Below are positions 41,011-49,024 of a stretch of 60,711 bases of DNA, piece after piece. Where the stretch lies: NCBI GenBank assembly GCA_048614515.1, contig JBMCMH010000001.1, positions 1-60,711 on the forward strand, read 5' to 3'. The translations under genes were made by a program, and so were the position numbers. Source of the stretch: Alkalispirochaeta sp. (GTDB taxonomy: Bacteria > Spirochaetota > Spirochaetia > DSM-27196 > Alkalispirochaetaceae). Every line of letters starts with the position of its first letter. Positions within the stretch are counted from its first letter, which is position 1. The notes below the pieces were generated by a model, which worked only from the letters and a program-made list of their open reading frames with translations, was not told where the DNA came from and did no database searches.

Positions 41011-41933
41011 GGCGTACCCGCTCCCGCCCGTAGGCTTCTGCGTAAACGCGCCGACTCACTGCGTCCGGTCCGGTAGCGACTGACGAGGAGCGCCCCAATA
41101 ATGAGCAGTCCGGTCACGAGACGAAGGTCGTTGGGGGTCAGATTTATGTGGTATCCGTAGTACCGCCCGAGGTACATGATACCCCGATACACGATGGAAC
41201 CCAACAAAACCCGCACGGTGAGCAGCCCGATCCGGTTGGAGCTCAGTAAGAACTCACCGATCATGACCGACGCGAGGCCTGCAATAATGATGCTCTGCCC
41301 CATATTCACGTCGGCGAACCCCTGGTATTGCGCGGCAAACGCACCGGAGATTGCGACCAGCCCGTTGGAGAGTCCCACTCCGATCACCTTGAGCCACTCG
41401 GGATTGACGCCTTGGCTCACCACCATCTGCTGATTGTCCCCCATCGCCCCCAGGGTCAACCCCAGGTCCGTGTGAAAAAAGACATCCAAGACCAGCTTGA
41501 TGCCGATCGACACCAGGAGAAAAAAGACGAATACCGCCCATTCCGGCGACATGATCGGCCCCAACAGGGCAATTGCTTCACTGAGAATCGTGTTCTGTCG
41601 CAGCAATGGAAGATTCGCGCGGTTTCCCAGAATGCGAATATTGATCGACCACAACATTGTCATGGTGAGAATTCCCGCGAGAAGATTGGGGACTTTGAGC
41701 TTGTTGTGTATCGTGGCGGTTACCGCACCGGCTGCCACCCCTCCGCCGAACGCCAGTACCAACGCCACCATCAAGGGAATGCCGTTCACTACGGATACCG
41801 CCATAATCACCGCGCCCAGCGGGAACGACCCATCCACCGAGAGATCGGGAAAATCCAAGATGCGAAACGTGATGAAGACGCCGAGGGCCATAATCCCGTA
41901 CAGCAGGCCCTCGACCAGAATTCCTTCTACCAT
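41007..41933 (-). CDS. ABC transporter permease (Trp/Tyr-type uptake system)
   Basis: FRILDFPDLSVDGSF, LAGIL, QYQGFADV, GLASV.IGE. Confidence 0.92.
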   Translation of the reverse strand: MVEGILVEGLLYGIMALGVFITFRILDFPDLSVDGSFPLGAVIMAVSVVNGIPLMVALVLAFGGGVAAGAVTATIHNKLKVPNLLAGILTMTMLWSINIRILGNRANLPLLRQNTILSEAIALLGPIMSPEWAVFVFFLLVSIGIKLVLDVFFHTDLGLTLGAMGDNQQMVVSQGVNPEWLKVIGVGLSNGLVAISGAFAAQYQGFADVNMGQSIIIAGLASVMIGEFLLSSNRIGLLTVRVLLGSIVYRGIMYLGRYYGYHINLTPNDLRLVTGLLIIGALLVSRYRTGRSESARLRRSLRAGAGTP

Positions 41934-41948
41934 GGTAGCCGCGTGCGG

Positions 41949-42959
41949 TTATCTGACCGCGCCGTCTTCGATAACGATCGACGCATCGCTCATTACCGCG
42001 TCCGAAACTTCGATTCCTAGGGCTTCGGCCACATCAAGATTGATCAGCACATCCAGGTCGGCGGGATCCTCCAGGAATAGGGTGGGGATGTCGGCGGGAT
42101 CTGCTCCGTCGAGAATCTCAGCAATGAGACGGCCGGTGGCGCGTCCAAACTTGTAGTAATTGAATCCCAAGGCTGCCAGCACGCCCCCCGATTCTGCGGA
42201 GGTCGTGTCAGCACTTACAACGGGAACTTCGGCACCGGCAGCCACTTCCGTGAGTGCCGACAGCGCGCTGACCACGGTGTTGTCGTTGCTCACGTAGAGC
42301 GCATCGACCCGGTCGATAATCGACTGCGTTGCGGATCGCACCTCGCTGGAGTTGACCACCGTGGTCTCCACAAATTCGATTCCCCGGCTCTCAGCAGCCT
42401 GCCGCGCAAGGTCGGCGAGCGCCACGGCATTAGACTCTCCGCCGGCGTACACGTGGCCCACGGCCTCCACGTCTGTGAGGTTCTCCATCAGATCAAACTG
42501 AGCTTCCACCGGCGTAAGATCTGATGACCCGGTGATATTCCCCTGACCAGCATCGGTACTGTCTATAAGTCCCGCTCCCACCGGATCGGTAACCGCCGCG
42601 AACACCACAGGGATATCAGTTAGCGTATTAGCCAGCGCCTGCGCGGTAGGTGTCGCAATCCCTACCGCCAGTCGGACGCGATCATTCCGAAATTTCGACG
42701 CGATGCTCGATGCTGTGGACATGTCGCCGTTCGCGTTTTGCAAGTCATATTCCAGGTCGGTAAACCCGAGGTCGGTGAGCTCGTCGATAATGCCCTGTTC
42801 CACATCGTCCAGGGCCGGATGGGCCACAATCTTAGAGATCCCGATAACGTTGCTTTCGGGCGCCGATGATTCTTGCGCACCCGACGCGAACACGGAGCCC
42901 ACAATCGCCACGCCCGTCACCAGAACCACCATCATTCTTATCACACGAGATACATTCAT
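41949..42959 (-). CDS. ABC transporter substrate-binding protein (Trp/Tyr-type)
   Basis: HPALD, NANGD, IATPTAQ, AVTDPVGAG, DNTVVS; GGAGGAG RBS before MNVSR. Confidence 0.88.
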   Translation of the reverse strand: MNVSRVIRMMVVLVTGVAIVGSVFASGAQESSAPESNVIGISKIVAHPALDDVEQGIIDELTDLGFTDLEYDLQNANGDMSTASSIASKFRNDRVRLAVGIATPTAQALANTLTDIPVVFAAVTDPVGAGLIDSTDAGQGNITGSSDLTPVEAQFDLMENLTDVEAVGHVYAGGESNAVALADLARQAAESRGIEFVETTVVNSSEVRSATQSIIDRVDALYVSNDNTVVSALSALTEVAAGAEVPVVSADTTSAESGGVLAALGFNYYKFGRATGRLIAEILDGADPADIPTLFLEDPADLDVLINLDVAEALGIEVSDAVMSDASIVIEDGAVR

Positions 42960-43032
42960 AGTCACTTCTCCTCCGTTGAAAACGGAAGGGTAGCGAAAAG
43001 CTCGGTATCTGTCCATTCGGCCAAGAAAATAC

Positions 43033-43064
43033 AAAAAAACCCGCCGTTCTCGGAACGGCGGGTT
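43033..43064 (-). terminator. Rho-independent terminator after proW
   Basis: AACCCGCCGTTC/GAACGGCGGGTT stem plus U-tract on minus strand. Confidence 0.85.
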
Positions 43065-43092
43065 GCGTCTCAGGAATGAGGCGTGAACTCAA

Positions 43093-43938
43093 TCACTGCT
43101 TTCGGGTGTTGTCTCCGAACGCCTGAGTGACGCGGTCCAAGAATATTGCCAAGATCACGATCGCGATCCCACTCTCAAACCCGACATCGATGCGCAATTG
43201 GGTAATCCCACGGAGCACTTCATTTCCGAGGCCCCCGGCCCCGATCATTCCGGCGATAACGACCATGGACAGCGCCAACATGATCGTCTGGTTTACACCT
43301 GCCATAATGGTGCTCAAGGCTACCGGCAACTCAGCCTTAATCAGCATCTGCCGATTCGTCGCCCCAAACGAGAGCGCCGCTTCCTTAATCTCCTTGGGAA
43401 CCTGACGGATACCCAGGTTTGTGAGCCGCACCGCCGGAGGCAGAGAAAAGATCAACGTCGCGATGACGCCGGGAACGGCGCCCAAACGGAAGAACAGGAC
43501 CGCTGGGATCAAGTATACGAACGCGGGCAGCGTCTGCATAAAGTCGAGAATCGGCCTCACCACGTTCCATACCCTGTCGCTTTTGGACGCCCAGATCCCA
43601 ATCGGAATACCTATGAGCAGGGAGATCAATACCGACGTGATCACCAGTGATAGGGTACTCATGGTAAGGGTCCAAAGTCCCATATACCAAATCAGCAAGA
43701 ATCCAAGGGCGGTAAATATCGCGACTCCCCTTGATGCGATCCACCACGCTAACGCGGCGAACAGGAGTACCATCACAATCGGGGGCAGAAAATTGAATCC
43801 CGCCCGAATGCCGGACAAGATCGCGTCCACAGTCTCGGTAATTCCGGAAAAGAGCCATCGCAAATTGCTGTTTAACCAGTCGACAACGGCCTCAAAACTC
43901 CCACCGATATCGAAGTATTGTCGTATCGTGTCCATCAT
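43093..43938 (-). CDS. proW: Glycine betaine/proline ABC transporter permease
   Basis: PILDFMQTLPAFVYLIP, RLTNLGIRQV, GVNQTIMLALSMVV, LDRVT. Confidence 0.93.
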   Translation of the reverse strand: MMDTIRQYFDIGGSFEAVVDWLNSNLRWLFSGITETVDAILSGIRAGFNFLPPIVMVLLFAALAWWIASRGVAIFTALGFLLIWYMGLWTLTMSTLSLVITSVLISLLIGIPIGIWASKSDRVWNVVRPILDFMQTLPAFVYLIPAVLFFRLGAVPGVIATLIFSLPPAVRLTNLGIRQVPKEIKEAALSFGATNRQMLIKAELPVALSTIMAGVNQTIMLALSMVVIAGMIGAGGLGNEVLRGITQLRIDVGFESGIAIVILAIFLDRVTQAFGDNTRKQ

Positions 43939-45191
43939 TGGTCTGTTTCCTCTCTATCAGATAGCTCCTCCTGGAGCTGCTGTAACGGAATGGGGCTATC
44001 CGAATGATCGGTGCCTTTGTTGACCTCCGCCATAATAGAAGCCCGGCTCACCGCACCGCGGAACACCCCGTCGTCATCGACCAATGCGATGGGATACCGC
44101 GTCTGAATCGCCGTGGACAACAGATCGGAAATCGATGTGTTCGGGGAACTAGTATAGACGTCATCAATGAGAATTGATGCGATATCCGTCTCTCCCTTCT
44201 TTTTGAGCGCGATAGCATCGTCAATCGTGACGATTCCCTTGAGAAGGCGGTCGTTATCGACAACGAAGACGGAGGACGTATTGTGCTTTTCCATTGACCG
44301 CAGAGCTGCCTGGAGATCTTCCCGCGGATAGGTAATTGTTGCGGCATGCGCACTGATCGCGGACGCGGTGATGACTTTGGTTCGGTCCACGTTCTGCACG
44401 AAGTCCCGGACGTAGTCGTCGGCGGGTTCGGACAGAATCTGTTCCGGCGAGCCCAACTGACGCACGCGCCCGTCCGGACCCAGAATGGCGATGCGATCAC
44501 CAATCTTCAGCGCTTCGTCCAAGTCATGCGTAATAAAGACAATCGTTTTGTGCATTCGAGCTTGTAGCTCCAGAAGCTCATCCTGCATCTGTGTGCGAAT
44601 GAGGGGGTCCAGGGCGCTGAACGCCTCGTCCATCAGGAGCACTTCCGGATCATTCGCAAGTGCGCGCGCCAGTCCCACGCGCTGCTGCATACCGCCACTG
44701 AGCTCTGAGATCATACTGTTCTCGTAGCCGTCAAGGCCGACAAGCTTAATCGCGTCGAGCGCTTTCTGGTGGCGTTCTTCCTTCTCCATTCCGCCGATTT
44801 CGAGACCGAACTCTACGTTGTTCACAACGTTTCGGTGGGGCAGGAGGCCAAAGTTCTGGAAAACCATGGACATCTTGTACCGCCGAAACTCGCGAAGCTT
44901 GTCGTCATCCAGTTTCATGACGTCTTGACCGTCGATAATGATTTCACCATGGGTGGGTTCGATGAGGCGATTAAGGCATCGGATAAACGTCGACTTCCCA
45001 CTTCCGGAAAGCCCCATCACGACGAAGGTCTCTTTCTTTTCGATACTGAACGTGGCTCCATTGATTGCCACGGTGCAACCGGTCCGTTTGAGAATATCTC
45101 CTTTGGAAACACCCTCTTTGATCATCGGGATCACCCGCTTGGGATTGGGCCCGAAGATCTTGTATAGGTCTCTAACTTCAATTAATGGCAT
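43935..45191 (-). CDS. proV: Glycine betaine/proline ABC transporter ATP-binding protein with CBS pair
   Basis: MGLSGSGKST, LSGGMQQRVGLARAL, MDEAFSALDPLIR, C-terminal CBS domains. Confidence 0.93.
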   Translation of the reverse strand: MPLIEVRDLYKIFGPNPKRVIPMIKEGVSKGDILKRTGCTVAINGATFSIEKKETFVVMGLSGSGKSTFIRCLNRLIEPTHGEIIIDGQDVMKLDDDKLREFRRYKMSMVFQNFGLLPHRNVVNNVEFGLEIGGMEKEERHQKALDAIKLVGLDGYENSMISELSGGMQQRVGLARALANDPEVLLMDEAFSALDPLIRTQMQDELLELQARMHKTIVFITHDLDEALKIGDRIAILGPDGRVRQLGSPEQILSEPADDYVRDFVQNVDRTKVITASAISAHAATITYPREDLQAALRSMEKHNTSSVFVVDNDRLLKGIVTIDDAIALKKKGETDIASILIDDVYTSSPNTSISDLLSTAIQTRYPIALVDDDGVFRGAVSRASIMAEVNKGTDHSDSPIPLQQLQEELSDREETDQ

Positions 45192-45293
45192 AATTCTTCT
45201 TTCTTCTGTCGCACAGGCAGGAGTTAAGCAGGCACCGTCGGAAGGAAATATCGGATTGTTGCAGATCGTCGTGACGACCGTCCCCGCCCCAGC

Positions 45294-45337
45294 AAAAAAC
45301 GGCAGACAGACCGTGCGCATTGAGCGTCGTGTCTGCC
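45294..45337 (-). terminator. Terminator-like hairpin between proX and proV
   Basis: GGCAGACA...TGTCTGCC stem followed by T6 on minus strand. Confidence 0.55.
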
Positions 45338-45365
45338 TGCCTTTATCTTACACGCGTGTGCGCTT

Positions 45366-46274
45366 TTACATGGAGGGAACCCAGTCCGACCAGATGTCGG
45401 AGTTGTCGTCCTTCCACTCACGAGCGGCTTCGAGCGTGTCCAGATCGGACTCGGCAATATGGACCATGAGATCACCCATTTCAGAGGTGTTCATACTCAT
45501 GTTCCCGAGGAACTCCGCCAACTCAGGCTTTTCTTCCTCGATACCGGTGCGGCCGAGAATATGAATGTCGTCCACGCCCCAGATCTCTTCTTCATCTTGC
45601 TCGAGGATCTCAAGATCAAAGTATCCGAACATGGAGTGAGGCTGCCATCCGGTGACCACGATCCACTCTTCATTCTCATACGCGCTCTCAAGATCCGCCA
45701 ACATTGCGGGGCCGGAAGACGGCACAAGCTCATATCCCTTGTCGGTCAGACCATAGGCGGGCATCGCCTCTTCCTCGGTGGTAATCATGATTCCCGCGCC
45801 GGCATCGATGCCGGTAATCTCACCGTCCAGTTCCTCGTACGCCTCATCACTGCGCAGATCGGAAACCGTTTCAATTCCCGCGTCGACCATGTACTGGGGA
45901 ACGACCAGGCCGCTCACCGCGTCTTCGTAAATCACGCCCAAATCAACGAGGGAATCGCCAAGCTCATCCATGTAGGAGGCGTGAAGGCCTGGAAGCCACG
46001 CTTCCATGAACGCATCCATGTCTCCGGTTGCAACCGCTTGGTAGGCAGGACCCACATCGGCAGCAACGATCTCTACCTCGAAGCCCATTTCATCTTCAAG
46101 AATAGCTTGTGCCAAGTGAGTATAGGCAACGCCCTCCTCCCAGTTGACGTAGGTGAGACGAGCGGTCTTGTCTGCCTCGCCGGAGCCGTTCTCACCCTGG
46201 CCATTGGCAAACACCATCGGCGATAGGAACGCGAGTGCGATCATTCCAATTAAAATACGTCGTACGTTATGCAT
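45366..46274 (-). CDS. proX: Glycine betaine ABC transporter substrate-binding protein
   Basis: YVNWEEG, EAWLP..H, GLVVP.Y, GIDAGAG, VTGWQPH; highly acidic; GAGGAGG RBS. Confidence 0.9.
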   Translation of the reverse strand: MHNVRRILIGMIALAFLSPMVFANGQGENGSGEADKTARLTYVNWEEGVAYTHLAQAILEDEMGFEVEIVAADVGPAYQAVATGDMDAFMEAWLPGLHASYMDELGDSLVDLGVIYEDAVSGLVVPQYMVDAGIETVSDLRSDEAYEELDGEITGIDAGAGIMITTEEEAMPAYGLTDKGYELVPSSGPAMLADLESAYENEEWIVVTGWQPHSMFGYFDLEILEQDEEEIWGVDDIHILGRTGIEEEKPELAEFLGNMSMNTSEMGDLMVHIAESDLDTLEAAREWKDDNSDIWSDWVPSM

Positions 46275-46379
46275 GAATCCTCCTCTTAGGTGTGCGAGCA
46301 CCTAATTCTCTCTTCTTGAGCCGAGCACGATGCATCGGCCTCTAAGCTGACCGCGCATGCAACGCAGTCATGTATCATT

Positions 46380-46408
46380 ACGATATGAAATTTCGGTCCT
46401 TCCGTCAA
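46380..46408 (-). promoter_or_regulatory. Putative sigma70 promoter of proXVW
   Basis: TTGACG-17 nt-TATCGT on minus strand about 100 nt above proX. Confidence 0.55.
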
Positions 46409-46665
46409 CAACTATGTTGCACTCTATGTACTTTTCGCAACAAAGCGTTGCACCGTTGGAGACTAAAATGTTATTTGTCTCAATCTTTACGTCATTATAT
46501 TTATTCTTTAGGCGCTAAGGAGCGTAGCGGGTCTGTTTTTTCGCGTTGGTGTCGGTCATCCGTTCATTCTTTAAGCTGCACTCTAAAGAATCGTACACGT
46601 TCAAACTGCCGAAACGTTGAGTACCCACTATGCATCGTCTCTGGCGCCTCCGGCCACATTATGGT

Positions 46666-47271
46666 ATGAACACCTCCATGCGTGTAGCCTGTTTGGACCT
46701 TGAAGGAGTATTGGTTCCGGAGATTTGGCAAGCGGTTGCCTCGCACACCGGAATCTCCGAGTTACAACTGACAACTCGAGACGTTCCCGATTATCATGAG
46801 TTAATGCAGCAGCGCTTACAGCTGCTGGACCGTCACGGGATCACCATCCACCACATCCGCGAAGTGATCGGATCGCTCACGCCACTTCCCGGGGCGCGGG
46901 AGTTCATGCGGCAGCTGAGGGCTCGCACCCAGGTGGTGATTCTTTCGGATACGTATGAAGAGTTTGCTGCACCGCTTATGGCTCAGCTCGATTGGCCGAC
47001 CCTGTTCTGTAATTCACTTTCGATTGATGAAACCGGCAGGATTCGGGAGTATCACCTTCGGCAGGATGAGGGCAAACTCCGTGCGGTCCGCGCGTTCAAG
47101 AGCATGAACCTCACGGTATACGCCGCAGGTGACTCGTACAACGATCTATCTATGATCCTGGAGGCCGACACGGGAGCGTTTTTTCGCCCCCCCGCCTCAA
47201 TCGTGAGGGAAAACCCTGAGGTTCCGGCGATGGAGGAATATCCGGATCTTCTGGAGTTTCTGGTTTCGTAG
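46666..47271 (+). CDS. thrH: Phosphoserine phosphatase / homoserine phosphotransferase (HAD)
   Basis: CLDLEGVLVPEIW, TTRDVPDY, ILSDT, AAGDSYND; start may be 46678. Confidence 0.93.
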   Translation: MNTSMRVACLDLEGVLVPEIWQAVASHTGISELQLTTRDVPDYHELMQQRLQLLDRHGITIHHIREVIGSLTPLPGAREFMRQLRARTQVVILSDTYEEFAAPLMAQLDWPTLFCNSLSIDETGRIREYHLRQDEGKLRAVRAFKSMNLTVYAAGDSYNDLSMILEADTGAFFRPPASIVRENPEVPAMEEYPDLLEFLVS

Positions 47272-47308
47272 CTGACATTGGTATCGCGAACGACTATACT
47301 CTGCTCCG

Positions 47309-49024
47309 ATGCTTCCCGAAGATTCCGGGGGTCAGATTCGCAAACGAGCTGAAGAAATCGCCCGGCACAAAATTGAACCGGGAGACTCGCCGCAAGACAA
47401 GCTCATATATGAACTTACAGTTCATCAAATTGAGCTGGAAATGCAGAATAGCGAGCTCCAGAGATCACAGGAAGAACTACAGCGGTCACGGCAAAGGTAC
47501 GAGCAGCTCTTTGATTGGGCCCCCGTGGCGTACTTTGTGTTTAACACGGAAGGTGCGATCCTCGAGGCAAATCATGCTGCCGCGTCGCTGGTGAACGCGG
47601 AGCGCACCTATCTGGATCGCAAGCCCTTCGTGGTGTTTCTCGCCCAAGAGTATCATACCCTCTTTTTCACCCATCTGCGGCGCGTGTTTGAGTTGGGACA
47701 ACGACAAACGGCAGAAATTCAAATACGGAATCGTGGAGGGGATACGAATTGGGTACGTCTGGAGAGCAGACGGCAGGAGAGCGTAAAGGGCGGTCTCCAA
47801 TGTCTCACCACCGTGGTAGACCTGACTGATCGCAAACGGATCGAGGACGACCTCATTCTCGCACGAGATGACGCCGTTACCGCAAGCCGCGCTAAAAGCG
47901 TGTTTCTGGCAAACATTAGTCATGAAATTCGGACGCCCATGAGCGGGATCTTGGGAATGAGCGAGCTCGCGCTCGAGCAACACGCCGAAAACGAAGAACT
48001 CACCCGGTATGTGACCACTATTCATAGCGCTGCCCGTTCACTTTTGTCGATTTTAGATGATGTCAGGGACGTCACCCGGATTGAGTCGGATCAAATTGAC
48101 ATCGACCGGCGTCCGTTCCGGGTAGGAGAGTTGCTCTCCACCGTGGAAGCGATGTTTCAGCCGATCGCGGCCCAAAAGCGCCTCACCCTCGCGATTGAGA
48201 CGCCACCTTCGATGAGTGAGGTGCTCGCGGGGGACCGAAATCGAATTCGGCAAGTGGTGGTCAATCTCTTGAGCAACGCTCTGCGGTTTACCGAGTCGGG
48301 ATCAGTAACACTGCGCCTTCGGGAGGACGAAGTTTCGGACTTTGTCCGCGAGCTCACGTTTGAGGTCGCCGATACCGGCCCGGGCATTTCCGTAACTGAG
48401 CAACGGCGCATTTTTGAGTCCTTTAATCGGGCACTCCATGACCAGGAAGCGCGGTATGAAGGAAGTGGCGTGGGACTCGCAATTTCCCGCCGGCTGGCCC
48501 AACTCATGGGGGGGCAACTCTACTTTGAAACGGTCCCGGGATCGGGGTCTCGATTCTTTTTTTCCGTGCCGCTGGAACTGCCCGCCCCCGAGCCCACAGA
48601 AACCGCCGCCAGGATACCATCGTCGGAACGTACCGGTGACCGGGGGCGCATTCTCGTGGCTGAGGACAACGCAATCAATCTGTTAGTTATTCGAACGGTC
48701 CTGGAAAAAGCTGGATATCAGATCATTTCGGTTGGAAACGGCCGTGACGCGATCGCCCGTCTGGAACGGGAGCGCTTCGACCTCGTCTTGATGGATATCT
48801 CCATGCCGGGAATGGACGGAATTGAGGCGACTCAAGCGATTCGAGCGCGCCGCGGAGACGACTCCATACAGTGGGACGTTCCCATCATCGCCATCTCCGC
48901 CCACTCCATGAAAGGTGACCGGGAGCGCTTCCTGCAGGCGGGAATGAACGATTACATCAGCAAACCGTTTGTTCGCGAAACGATTCTCAATGCGGTGACC
49001 ACCCACACAGGAACCGGTGAATGA
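47309..49024 (+). CDS. Cytoplasmic PAS hybrid histidine kinase with receiver domain
   Basis: HQIELEMQN coiled-coil, PAS, FLANISHEIRTP, NLLSNA, DTGPG, GSGVGL, receiver (AEDN, LMDISMP, KP). Confidence 0.93.
   Translation: MLPEDSGGQIRKRAEEIARHKIEPGDSPQDKLIYELTVHQIELEMQNSELQRSQEELQRSRQRYEQLFDWAPVAYFVFNTEGAILEANHAAASLVNAERTYLDRKPFVVFLAQEYHTLFFTHLRRVFELGQRQTAEIQIRNRGGDTNWVRLESRRQESVKGGLQCLTTVVDLTDRKRIEDDLILARDDAVTASRAKSVFLANISHEIRTPMSGILGMSELALEQHAENEELTRYVTTIHSAARSLLSILDDVRDVTRIESDQIDIDRRPFRVGELLSTVEAMFQPIAAQKRLTLAIETPPSMSEVLAGDRNRIRQVVVNLLSNALRFTESGSVTLRLREDEVSDFVRELTFEVADTGPGISVTEQRRIFESFNRALHDQEARYEGSGVGLAISRRLAQLMGGQLYFETVPGSGSRFFFSVPLELPAPEPTETAARIPSSERTGDRGRILVAEDNAINLLVIRTVLEKAGYQIISVGNGRDAIARLERERFDLVLMDISMPGMDGIEATQAIRARRGDDSIQWDVPIIAISAHSMKGDRERFLQAGMNDYISKPFVRETILNAVTTHTGTGE

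Noticed and set aside
42960-43092. T-box or attenuator for the Trp/Tyr-type ABC transporter
   Set aside because: Gap too short and no T-box consensus; the hairpin is adequately explained as the proW terminator.
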